From Lama guanicoe (Eukaryota), in the NCBI GenBank assembly GCA_013239625.1, contig MU056000.1:13591175-13655174 (forward strand): a stretch of 64,000 nt of DNA. Direction: 5' to 3'. This document shows positions 51,602 through 64,000 of this stretch, piece by piece. A program made the translations under genes and the position numbers. The notes under the pieces are model-generated. The model saw nothing but the letters and a program-made list of their open reading frames with translations, did no database searches and was not told the DNA's origin. Every line of letters begins with the position of its first letter. The first letter of the stretch is position 1.

Positions 51602-54600
51602 GAGCAAATTTGTAGTATAAATAAATAAATAAACAAACAATTATTTATCAGTTATGCTAATTAAAAAAACTTTTTTAAGGTTTAATAAAGAAGAAAGAAG
51701 TGCAAATAATCAGGTAGCGTCTGGTCTTCCATAGCCTGGGAGCAAAGTGGTACTTGAGGCAGCAAACAAGTTTCCCAAATCTTATTCCAACAAGAAAGAC
51801 CCACTACCAAAATTCAAGGACTAGGCTAGCTGCTCCTTCCATTATTGCATCCTTTCTAAGCATCAGTAGCTCATGATCTCTTTCCATAGCAGTAATGATA
51901 CCTGTTCTACCATTTTTTCCACCATTGGAATATGTATTTCTTCACACAATAACCCAGGATTACTTTATTTTCAAGGCAAAGGGATGTGTATCTTGAAAAA
52001 CTAACAAAATGGTAACGGGTAGTTCATACCTCCATCTGCACCTATAATTGATGCAAGCAGAACTGAAGATCCTTGAGACTTTCTGAACTGAGACAAAGGC
52101 TGATGACACTCCCATCAAGGCTAAATATTGATTTGTACTCCATCTTCCCTGAAAGAATTCAAAGAAACTTCAAAAATCAGTACCACTTAGCATGATAAAA
52201 TCAAACAAGAATTATGTGCAGAAATTGGAGATGAGAATTAAGGTTGAAAAAAATTAAGATGGAGCCAAGAAAGAGAAACATGTACAAAATGAATGAATAT
52301 GTGAATAATGAGAAATATTCAGATGAACATATGAACTGAGGTAAGGCTAGTTTTTACAAATTATCCCTGGAGTTTTGCATGTGTATGTGTGAAGACAGAA
52401 AATGTTCAACTATTATTAAAATCTGGGAAGTTACAGTTACACTTTCTTATTCTTAATAAATGTGTCTACTCGTTTTAATATTTTTATACCTTTTTATCTT
52501 TTCCATAATGAGGGTTCAGACATAATAAAGTCACTGTTTAAAACTTGTTTCTAATGATAATTCCTTCTTTAACACACCGAGAAACATCAGAAGGTGTGTT
52601 TTTTTTAAGATATAAAACGATTTATGACCTACGTTGGCTCAAAAATCTAATGTGCGTAACAAGGAAGTGAATTTTCTACCAATTTGATTTCCAACTCTTC
52701 TCTTTCATTTTCCTTATGAAATAGTTTGCCTCCACATTTCCTGTTTTTCCAGTAAGATATTTATCTCATTGAAAATGTTTAGTCTGAAATCAATGTTAGT
52801 TTAATAATTATATAAAATAAACCACCTCCATATTTTTTTAATCAAAAATAGCATTCAACATGAGGTAAGCATTTACTGCTTTAAAATAAATCATATGTAA
52901 AGTGAAATATAAAAGAATTATAATAGAAATAAAGCTTAACATGCTGGAATATAAATCTGCATTAATTTAGTTTCATTTCAAATAAAAAGAGACTACACAC
53001 AATATATTCATAATATTGCTACCTACGAAAGCTTAATTTGGAAACATCTAAATATTCATTCAAATGAAATATGGTATAGATTTAAGGTAGAATTTTATGA
53101 AGTTATTGGGAGACACTGTCAGGGTGATGATGAGTGAGAGTTCGGAGGAAAGTAACACGGACTCGCTCCTCACTAGATATGTGACCTTGACAAGCTGAAT
53201 ATCCCTTTTACACCTCAATCTTTTTGTCCTAAAATAAGGGAGGAGAGTCAGTACTCACCGATGCAGACAGTAAAAGTAGTAACAGTTGTAGTTCAGGCCA
53301 TAAAAACGGTTGTCCCAGATTGCTTAAGACAAAAGAAAATGCTCACGATGTAACATTAAATGAAAAGAACAGACAATGGAACAGACTGGAATGTTGTCAA
53401 ATTTCAACAAGACTTACTTCTTTAAGTAAGAATATACTTCTCTGAATATGCGCCTATAAAACATAGTGTATTATTTATAAAATATAAATGTATATATATT
53501 TATAAACATAATAAAGGGACCATCATTCAGAACACAGAAACCAAGCCCAGTCGAAGGGTTTGCATGTGTATTATCTGACATGCGGGCATCAGATATTTTT
53601 CAGCGATCAGTTAAAGACAGAATCTGGTCACATGTCCGAACAGTACAGCACAACAAAGTGTAGCTCATATTCTTTTCCTAAAGGATTTACTAGGGGAACA
53701 TAGTCAAGTTTTTGCTCACTAACAGGTGGTTTTTGTAAATGGTATTTTAAGACCATTTATTACCTTCAGTGGGGCATAAACAGTAGACCACAGAGCCATC
53801 CAAAAATCATAATTCTATTACTTCTCTTGGGGCAAGTTCAACGGACAGATTACCCTACACTCTCCAGGATAAACGGCAAATAACAGGGAACCAGAATTTT
53901 CGGAGAAAAAGTAAAATTTCACAGGTACTGTATAAATAGTTCACGATATCTACCGTTGTTAAAAATGTATAATGGTTCTTCATGTAATTTGACTAATAGT
54001 CACAGGTAAAAAAAAAAACATATTTTTTAGACCAAAATAAATTAAATGCCTGATAAGTCTCAAGGAAGATTCAGGGAGATCTGACTGAGGTTCCACTGGG
54101 AACCTCATGGTCTATATATGCAGACAAAGAGAAACACACTCAGGAATGTGGCATTTTTGTGAGCGATTCAAGCCTGAAGACTTGGCTCCGTTCAAATCTT
54201 TCGTAATTGCAGGCTTATCTTAATAAAGACTGTCAGATGGTTCTCTATTTCAGCTTAAGTAGTGGCACCATGTGACAACAGTATAAAAACATTTTGCAAT
54301 TTGTTGAGCCTGACAACCTCAAAGTTAATGAATTTTAGACAAAATTTTAGTCTGTAGGGATTCGCATTATTTGGAATTTTATGCCTAGAGATGTAATTGA
54401 TATTTCATAATGCACTAATGAAAATTGGCATAAGTCAAATTTCTCATAAAATGCAACTGGCACTGTGTATGTAATTTACCAAAAGGGAAAACAGCAAACA
54501 TATCAACGATAATTTATATAGGATTAAACATGGCTATATTTTTTATATAGTTTTGTTTCTTCTCGAAAGGGGTTGGTATTTTCAAATTAACTGTGCAAAT

Positions 54601-56314
54601 TAAGACACTTTATTAAATGTTGGCGAAATAAAAAGGTAAGACTAATGGAATTTGAAAGGAGCCAAACTAGAATATTCATTATATTATAATTTGTGAAATA
54701 TACACACACATGTACACACAGAAGCCAACATGCAATGAAAGATACCACTTTTCAGTGATGACTTTTGGAAGTGTTCCTTACTGTATCATTAAAAGATTGA
54801 ATACTTTACTGTTAAACATTATGATCACTGATGCCTCTCATCTGTCTTTGAACTGTTTTTTTTTTCCCTTACGTCAGATTCCACTGCCCAGTTTCCCAAG
54901 TAAACGAGTTATACCTGTGAATAATACTTCTAGTGTGGATGTCAGTGATAATTATATGCTCCATCTTGAAAACTTTAAGACACTAGCTTCCATTATTTCT
55001 TTTGCAGTGATGTCATCTTCCTTATGGAAGTGTACAAATTGTGCAGATTGTTCCTGTTTTTATATTGAAGCATAAAAATTATATTTGTTCACATGTAACC
55101 CCACACCCAGAGATACTCAATATAAGTTGTAAAAATTCTTAGAATCTTAGGCTTCAAAATGTTTTTGATGATAGTCTATTGAACTCTTATTCATTATGAC
55201 ATTCTGAAGAGAAAACCAAAGTATATACTACTGGTCATTAGGGATTTTATAGGGACATTAGCATGATGGAAAAAAAGAGATTTGGAAAAAAAAAATCAAT
55301 CGATTTTGCTCGATTTGCTGCTAGGAAAACTCTTCCTCTCATCCACTGGAGAGCCCCCTGGAGACCAAATCAAGAGAGCCCACATTTAACATTTTCTCCC
55401 AGTCTGATGTGATGTTGGACCCACTTGGAAATATCCAAGTGTATATTAGTTAAGACCAGTGTCAGTTTCTTTCCACCACATGTTTTTACCCATCTTCTTG
55501 TTTTTGAACAGCAGGAGAGTCTATGGCTATGAGGCCATTCTGATTCTCTGTTAGACGCCTGAACTTATCAGTACCCTGGGGAAACTGTCTAGCACAATGT
55601 AGTACAACACTGCAGTTAGTTTTAAAATTTCTTGAATTTAAACAGAGTAGAGGAGGAGTCCAGACACTCAGACAAATTCCTAGACCAAGACAAGATTCTC
55701 CCTTTGATTTCCTCTTATTTGCAAACCTACACACCTGCACTTCTTTCTCATAATCCTATCCTGGATCCAACATCTATTCTGGATTAAATGACTTCTATTT
55801 TCTTCTTAAGTAATCGGGAAAACCACCTTCACTACCCATTGTATAGCATTATAAAATATATAGCCTTTTTTTCTTTCACTCTTCTCAGAGGAAGCCGCAG
55901 CTCATGTGATCTCGGAAGGGGAGTTTTGGGATGAGAGATACCTGGGTGTCCCTAGTATTGGAGGTTCCTCATCCCAAACTCTAGCCTATAAAAAGTATGG
56001 CTCACACCACCTATCATACACACTGCAATATTTGGAAGCCTTGCCTCATCCCCACCTAGACGCTGGACCTGGTGCAGAGGGACGGGCACTGGCCTAAAGG
56101 TTGTGCAGGAAAGAAACCGCCTGAAGCCAGAAGGTGTGAGCAAACTGCATGCGTGAGCTTTAAAGCTACAGTTTTCCAGGAGCCCAAAGGGTCAGGGGGC
56201 CTGAACTGGGCTTCTGGCACTGAACCCTGGGTTCCCCATGTGACATCTGCTAAGGTCCAAGGCCATAGCAGCCTCAAGTGCTGTTCTATTGCAATAGATA
56301 ACAAATACAGCACA

Positions 56315-56470
56315 TACATTTTTCTTCATATACTTCAACCATAATATTTTGCTAAAGATTGAATGCAGAAGCAGGAATGACAATGCAGTAGTATTCTGTT
56401 AAACCAGGAATTAAAAAGAAATGCAAAAATGTAAAATAGTGACATTCTAATCACCATTTTTTTTTCAGTT
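56315..56470 (+). mobile_element. Charlie1-like hAT DNA transposon fragment
   Basis: 'tttcttcatatacttcaacca...agattgaatgcagaagcag...tgcaaaaatgtaaaa'. Confidence 0.75.
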
Positions 56471-56489
56471 TGTTCATCTTGAGGATATT

Positions 56490-56690
56490 ATATAATGAGC
56501 TGTAACTACTGGCTACATAAAAGGGTGAGATTTCCTTCTGCCTTTGAAGTCTCTCAGTGGATTGAATGTGATGTGCATTGCATTCTAACTTAATGCTTAT
56601 TTAATAATGGAATTATTTTCTTTCTCTTCTACCTTTGGAGAGGTTTCTGGGTTGGAAGGAAATTTTTGTTTTGATTACGTTTCTCTAAGA
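56490..56690 (+). mobile_element. LTR37-like (ERV1) LTR, 3' portion
   Basis: 'aaagggtgagatttccttctg...taatgcttatttaataat...ttttctttctcttctacctttggagaggtttctgggttgg'. Confidence 0.75.
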
Positions 56691-59439
56691 AAAGAAAATC
56701 TTTATAAGGTCCAACTGCAGTCGTTTTTTGTTGTTTATTTTACATGAAATTAATGTTCCCAAATTTTAGAAGGAAGTGTGCCATAGTGGGGGAGGGGAGG
56801 ACAGGTGGGAACAGCCTTTCAGTTTTATAATGCTAGAGCTTCTTCTGTTGGTTTCATCAATATTCAGAAGTAGAACTTAATGGAATGTGAGAGTATTTTC
56901 TCTCCCTTATTTTCATCTAAAAGTTCCATTTCTTTTGCCCTTAGGGCCCCTACTTATGTTGAACTTTTTATCTATCTTTTCTCTTCAATGTGGGGTTGTC
57001 TTAAAAAGTTTATTCGACTGTGAGATATACTAGATCCTCAAGTTTCCTTTGCACTCACCCTTGGATTTGAGGATGGAAAACTCATCTCCCTATCCGAGGC
57101 TCATCTTAAATCGGCCACGCCCAGTTTCCCATGAGTAGCTCTTAGCCTTCTGGGAGTTTTTCCATTCACAAATGGATGAGTGGCTCATTTGCTTAGGCCT
57201 ATGCTTTTGCAGAAAGAATAGAAATAAACACAGTGGACCACCTTCTACTGTAAAAGTCTGCATAAATATTTTCTTTTTCCCTCCTCACTACAACCTGTAA
57301 CTTCAGTTCAGCCCATGACCAGAAATGTACAGGTACACACTCTACAGATAAAACAAATTCATTCAACTTCACTGCACATTTAATATCTGCTATACCAGTA
57401 TTTATACTCTGAGAAAAATACTTATAAGAATGTGGATTGAAAAAAAATATAAATTTAATGAAATAAACCCCCAAAGCCATTCTCCCTACCCTCTATAAAT
57501 ATTTTCCAACATTCATAAATATCTTATAACAATATTGATATAACTCTTTTTCTTATGGTGTAAAACGTGCTAAATTATTTTCCAGGAAGGAAGGAAGGGT
57601 AATTTGGGACCATGTAGTAGCAAATGAATGTGAATAAAATATCGCCTGTTTAAGATCAAATGGGGAAACTGATTCTCACATGTACACACACATACACCAA
57701 AGAATGTTTGAGAAGTTCTTATATAATCCAATATTCCACAAGATGACAGCCAAAGCAGATTTTATATGCTTTCAAGCATATATCTTTACACCGTTCTTGT
57801 ACACATAAAACAGTTGGACTTAATGCCCTAAAGCTACAAATATGATTCTTAAAATATTTCTATATTTCTGTTACATTTTAGTTTGATTAATTATTTGAAT
57901 AAAATAAACTGACATATTTAAGTATGCATCTTTGACATAGGTAATATATTAATCATATACAAAAATACAGATATCAGTCAATAGAGTGTACTCACATGCA
58001 TGCACTCACATTGATTGGATTTGCCTCCTGTTCTACACAGCAGCAACAAAAATTGAAAAGGGTGCCCTTAACAGTAGTGAACACTACAGAAACAAGCTCT
58101 TCAGAACAGCATAGGGAACTTTAATCTAAATCCACTACAGGGTAAGGAAACCACTTCACAGTGGAGTATAATGGAAGATAAAGGGGCACCTCGGGGGCAT
58201 TAAGCATAGGAAAAGACTTCTGGGTAAGAAGAGAAAGCTACCCTTAAACACAAGAGGCACACTACATATCTTTCCCCTCTGTGGAAACAATTCTAGGAAT
58301 ATTTTAGTTTCATCATTACACATTGAGCTGGGCTTCCTTCTCTTTCAATATGTTTTCCCCTCTATTTTATTCTTTCACTGTATTTTTTGTTTTCAGCAGA
58401 CATACTTCTATGTGCTAGGAATATACCAGCATCTACCTGCAGGAGGTGTTTATTCTGTCAGCCAATAACCAGGATTCGTGTGAATTCAGTAATTTAAGGC
58501 ATAAAACTACAGTGACATAAGGTGGTTTGGTTTTAACAACATATATAGTTTTTCTGGCATAAAAATTGGAAGTGAAATCATAAGTATGTTATTTAAGATT
58601 CCCATAATTTATTTTTCCATATGGAAAATGAGGTTTGCCCTTGCCCTACCAACTTAGCAGAGCTGCTTATCAGCTTTACTTCAGAAAAACATCATTGTAT
58701 ATTAATATACTTTGGGTAATTATAATATATAGGTGATGAGTTGTAATTATAAATAGCCATACAGCATGACATACCTTCTGAGCATTGTGCTAAGAGTCAT
58801 CTGGAAATACAAAATAGAGATGAATATCTTCAATCTGGTCCAGAAAAATATAAGTTGAGAACTGTTACAAAACCATATAGAAAAACAATAACTTAGATCT
58901 AAGTTTCTTTATGAGATCTTTAAACTACCTGCATGAGAATTACCTATTGGATTCCTGGTTAAAATGTAGTTTCTTAGGCTCAAATCTAGAATTACTAGTC
59001 AATATTTCTAACAAGATTATTAATAGCCTTTAGTACTAAAAACCACTTAGCTAAATTCTGGGAGCTTCTTAACTAGACTGGGAGGTCCCACTGCGGAAAA
59101 GAGATCTATGAACCATCTGTGGGGACTCACTGGAATTCTTCCATGTTCACGTCCTGTACTCACGCTGGCTCTCCAGGAGGTTCCTTCCCTTTCAGTGATT
59201 GTCAAGGCCAAAGCTGGACCTGCTGCTCAGTCCTGAGAGGAAAATCCAGACGTCACTAGTCCTGGGGTGCTGGGGGTTGGCCATCTTAGTGATTCTTACG
59301 TTCATGTCACCACCCCCTTTTCTTTCTCACTCTGAGCAGATACCTCTGCTCGAACCTTCAGCAGAGCTCTTCCCTGTGGATTCTGGATTAAACTTTCTCC
59401 CCTCTGGTCCTTTTGTCAATCTATTGACATTTTTAAAGG

Positions 59440-59762
59440 AAACTTCTTCTGCATAACCACAATACAATTACCATTCTCAGGAATGTAATATTTATAGTAT
59501 TATCTCATAACTCCTAGAATACATATTAGTATACTTTATGTGTAATATAACATTTCTACAATACCACGATCTAAGGTGCAGTCTGTCCTCAGATTCATCC
59601 AACTACCCCAATAATGAACTTTGTTAGCATGGCTTGTTGTTTGATCCAGAATCCACGCGAGGGCTGCACATTATTTTCATCTGCTATGCCTCTTTGTTCT
59701 CCTTGAATAGAGATCATTTCCTCAGCCTCTTTTCTGTTTTTTCTTTCAGGACATTGACAGTT
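59440..59762 (-). mobile_element. L1MC-like 3' region fragment
   Basis: 'cataaccacaatacaattacc', 'gatccagaatcca', 'ttcctcagcctc...tttcaggacattgaca'. Confidence 0.65.
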
Positions 59763-60329
59763 TGGTACAGTCTAGGTTCACTGTTTTGCCAAACAATGTG
59801 ACTGAAGTGTTGATTTACAGAACAGCTTGTCAGACTGGTGTAATTCCTGTCAGCCGTGCCCTGAAGGGCATTCGGGTGGAGCAGCTGAGGAAGAGTCCTT
59901 TACAGTTAGGTTTAAGCAGGACTGTGAGCTTATCAACTGCATATTATTGAGGAGAAAAGGAAAGAGGAAGTTGGGGTTAATTGTTGGGCTCTAGAAGAGT
60001 CAGCCATAGAATGTAAGCTGGTGAGGAGGGAAATGAGAACACCCCGGGGGATTTGCAGAAGAAAGGGAGAAGGATTTATCCACCGGTGATGCTCTTCCAT
60101 TGGCAAAAGCCATAGCCTTTTGCTTTCAACACCTCCACCCTCCCAGGTAGCGTATGAGTGGCTACCACTGGGACCCACTCATTTCCTTTATTATAGTAAA
60201 CTCCTATGATACAATACTTGGATACAATTTTTATGAGAATAAGAGGTCCTCACTTATTTTAAAGGAACGGAAGTAAAAGGTCAATTAACCACAGCATTCC
60301 TTTCAAGATGATAACTATATGCAATAACT

Positions 60330-61280
60330 GAAAGACACTAAGCAAGCTCTGTACCCTGTTCTTACTGCTGGTTACAGACTGTGATTAATATCTGTCCTCT
60401 TCCTTCTTCATCACGCGTTCTAGATGCCTTCAGCCTTAGTCGTTAATTTGCCTTAATCAGTAATTAATCCCCCAAAGGGCAAAATTATTCATTACCTTGA
60501 ACTTAAATGTGCAGATTTTGTATAGCCTACCATTTTTATTTTTAAGACTTTCTATTAACCAAACAAGCCTGCCATCTTTATACTTATTTATTCCCATACT
60601 CGTCAATTGTGTGGCAAGTGGACATCGCAGTGGTTCACTTTCCTCCTTAGGTCATCCTACTTGTGCACAGGTGAAAACCACAATAGTTCTGACTCCACTG
60701 AATGTTAAAGTTATAACCACAACTTCCATCCTTCACTGAGATCCTCATCACTCTCCTGCTCGTTAGAATTCAGAAGTAAACTCTCTCCAGAGGATCTGAT
60801 TTCTATTGCCATTGCTGATACCAACTGTCTTTGCGAAGGTTACCTATAAAGTCGAATATAAAATAAAGGGCATATGTGCTACTAATTTACTAGGATGTAT
60901 AATTCCAAGGAGGAGTAAGGGTCAAAGATACAATTTTGAGTAGTTCACAATGTCGCTCAGTCCTAATGAAAATGCATAAAGTGCATCTTGGGATCCTCAA
61001 TTAGAAAAAAAGAAAAAGGAGACATTTGTCCTCTGGCTCCCATTTCCTATCCATCTCAGTTTCATCCCACATGGGGCGTCCCTAAGATCTCAGGTTGTGC
61101 ATGCATGGACAGTAAGCAGGTTCTCACAGTGATGTCAAAAGTAATTCTGGAACAAGAAGCATGTGACACCATAGTGCGGTGTAGGGTGTCAGGTGGTGAC
61201 TGGGGTGCTTATGACCCGCCTGAACAAAAAAGATGGGCGAGAAAGGGTAGATCAGAAATTGTGCAAGAGATGTCTTATAC
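60330..61280 (-). mobile_element. ERVL-class LTR (60826-~61280, LTR16/LTR50-like) with PBS and internal remnant
   Basis: Minus strand reads ...AGACA-gt-TGGTATCAG (60815-60830), i.e. LTR end then PBS-like TGG; LTR body 'catttgtcctctggctccc', 'caggttgtgcatgcatgg'. Confidence 0.6.
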
Positions 61281-63557
61281 GAGTGCCTTTTAAGATGGTG
61301 CGCTCTATGCTGCAGAATCAAAAACTGAGTCTGGGCTACGTGAAGCTGAAGACCATCAGTGTGTACTACTTTTTAAAAATTTGTGTATTTCATCACAAGG
61401 CATTCTCCATTTGGAATGGGATGGGGTGGAACGGTTATATAAACACGTCATTAAAGAACTCTCTTAGAGCTACATTCAAAATATTTGTAGATAAAAAAGG
61501 AGAATGGTGGCTGCATTGAAGATTTTGTTTAAAAACATATGGCTTCTACAAACATGAAAGTGAGAACTACTTTAAAAAGGTGGGAGGTCGAAATGGAAAC
61601 AGATGAAGATCATTAGCAGAAAAAACTTGGACAATGTTAAAAAGTGTTTAACAATAAGTCATATTCTTAAACGATGTTATGTTAGAAAAGAGAATAGTCC
61701 AGCCATACTACCAATATGAATTTTTATTTTGTGAATAATGTCCGACAAAAGAGTTAAACCTATATTCAGAGGACCAAAGGACAAAATTAGGTCTTACAAC
61801 TGGTGGGACAGGATGTGTTTAAATTTAATTAGTACAAAAGCACAGGCAGAAGAGAACACCTAAAAAGGAACATGGTATCAGTGGCACCACCCTTTTGCTC
61901 ATAAAATGGAATAATCGATGTGTCCTGGTTTTGAAGAAAATATTATATGTTAAATGTTAGAAATAATCTGCTCTTTTAAAAATCCTGTTATACCATGATT
62001 TATATCTTACCATTAAAATTTCAAAAATTGTTTATTATTGAGAAGATCTCAACAGACCTCATTTGGTCTTCAGTGTCTAACTATTCTATATAGTTCAAAC
62101 AAAGAAGAGAATGTCTCCATCTCTGTCACCACCATGAGAAAAATCTGCCTCAAACTTGCTTACGAGGATGGAGTAGGAACTATTCTATATTGTTCATTGT
62201 ACCTCAAACACAAATATCAGTTGGAATTTGAACATTATTTGATGTAAGATTTTCCTAATTTTATGTAAATTTCTGTGGCAGTATCAAAATATTACTTTTG
62301 CTCTTTTATTCTCTTTAAAATGCTGTGAAACCCTTCTCAGTCTAGGCCCTCAGGGCCCAGCATCATGTTTAGTCAAGTGACTTAACAGATCAGTCTTCTA
62401 GCAGATAACCCACATACGTTCCATCTAATGTAGGGTGTAGACTGCCACCATTAATGACCGAGGGTGACATATTAACACAAAGATCGGAAGTGCATCAACA
62501 TTAGAAGAAGAAACATTTCATAGAGAGAAAGCACCAGCAAGGCTGTTGGCTGAGTCCCACATGAAACAAAAGGAAGGAAAAAAGGCAGGAAAATCGTGTA
62601 GCTGAGAAGAATAAGAAACAGGAGTCAAGGGAGCAACTAAGGCAGGTGGGACAGAAACACTTGGATTCTCTCCTCCGAGTGTTCTTATCATATATTAAAA
62701 TTAAATTTTTTGAACAGATGCATTTCATTTGACAATTATCAGGTGAAAATTCCAATCATTTTAGGTTCTGTTTCTTCTCTCTTTTCTTCAAAGGATGAAC
62801 AGTGTTTGATTCCCTAATTGTCCACTTCTTACATTACTCACTTGAAGACTCTCAACTACTTTTCTTCAGTCTAAGTTTCTCTCTCAGGAGTGGTAACGTA
62901 GGCATAGAAACAGCCCACCCTTTGCCCGTTTGGTGCAGTTTTATACCCCGGTGCCCTCCAAGACCCCTGACCATGGAGGACTAAGAACTTGCTTGCATCA
63001 CTGAGGCTAGCATGAGAGGCTTCCCTCACAACCCACCCCCCTTGTCATTGCACCCCTTGACTCACCCCACACACAAACCAGGTGCGTCGGGAGAGGGGTG
63101 GGCACCTGTCAGAAATGCTGTGGTTTCAAGGGGAAAAGATCCCATATCTTCCTCTGATCCGGGTCAGAGTAGGTTCTAGCGGGTGGCTTTAGTGCTTGAG
63201 ATGCCTGAAAATGGGATACAGCCTTCTTCTGTGGAGAGGGCTGGAACTTAAGGGAGGAGAAGGTAGTTGTAAAAAAGAAAAGGTAAAATATGGCAGTGAA
63301 GACAGCTGGAAACCCAGTGATTTTTTGACACGTTGACACTGACCTTATGAGTTTTATGGGAGGGGACCCATAGGCATCAGTATGGTTTAAACGGGTGTGT
63401 GCAGGAGGGTCCGAATGGAGGTGTCATCCATGTACGGCTTTAGGAAGGAAGTACTAGAATGAGGAAACCAGAGTATGGGGGCCCAGGAAGACTATAAACG
63501 GTTTGGTGCCTCTCAGAAAAACATCAGACTGACATGAGAGCTTCCTGTTTTTAATGG

Positions 63558-63796
63558 AGATATTTGCTCTGTTTGAGTGAAATTTAACTTACTTTCACTG
63601 GTTATAGAGAAATTGTATTGATTAGACATTTTTACAAATCACAAGGATGATATTATAAGTTGCTCATTGTAGTTATTATATTAGCGTGTAAGTTGTATCA
63701 GATATTTGCTATATGCTGTTTGAGTGAAATTTAACTTACTTTCACTGGTTATAGAGAAATTGTATTGATTAGACATTTTTACAAATCACAAGGATG
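63558..63796. repeat. Tandem duplication, 147-bp spacing, 81 bp identical
   Basis: 63569-63649 equals 63716-63796; both preceded by agatatttgct. Confidence 0.97.
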
Positions 63797-63801
63797 GGAT
63801 G

Positions 63802-63900
63802 NNNNNNNNNNNNNNNNNNNNNNNNNNNNNNNNNNNNNNNNNNNNNNNNNNNNNNNNNNNNNNNNNNNNNNNNNNNNNNNNNNNNNNNNNNNNNNNNNNN
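63802..63900. other. Assembly gap (99 N)
   Basis: Run of n characters. Confidence 1.
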
Positions 63901-64000
63901 CAAGGAAAAATAGTTAAACAGTACTTTTCTCCTTTCTAGAATTTATCAAATTATTACAAGTGTTACCCAATTTTCATTAATTGAAAGAATTATTTGTATC

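Noticed and set aside
54086..54107. Perfect 9-bp hairpin tgaggttcc-actg-ggaacctca
   Set aside because: A stem this short is expected by chance in 64 kb and is too small for a pre-miRNA.

Overview
AT-rich, CpG-depleted mammalian non-coding DNA, most likely camelid (alpaca/camel): it holds one near-full-length and one truncated vic-1-type tRNA-derived SINE plus artiodactyl/camelid-type L1 3' ends. I can support no protein-coding gene, RNA gene or CRISPR array; the listed ORFs are chance frames, L1/ERV remnants or a microsatellite. Much of the window is fossil repeats (L2, MIR, L3, old and young L1, ERVL/MaLR/ERV1 LTRs, two decayed ERVL pol remnants, small DNA transposons), separated by repeat-free islands that may be enhancers. 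I did not find a convincing new biological system. The best observations are genome-repair and retrotransposition signatures: a twin-primed inverted L1, a ~260-bp micro-inversion inside an L2, an apparently L1-retrocopied LTR 3' end, a tailless 76-bp L1 fragment with templated filler, a 470-bp phase-locked polypyrimidine tract, and an identical 81-bp duplication next to an assembly gap. Family names come from my recollection of consensus sequences, not a database search, and boundaries of old repeats are approximate.
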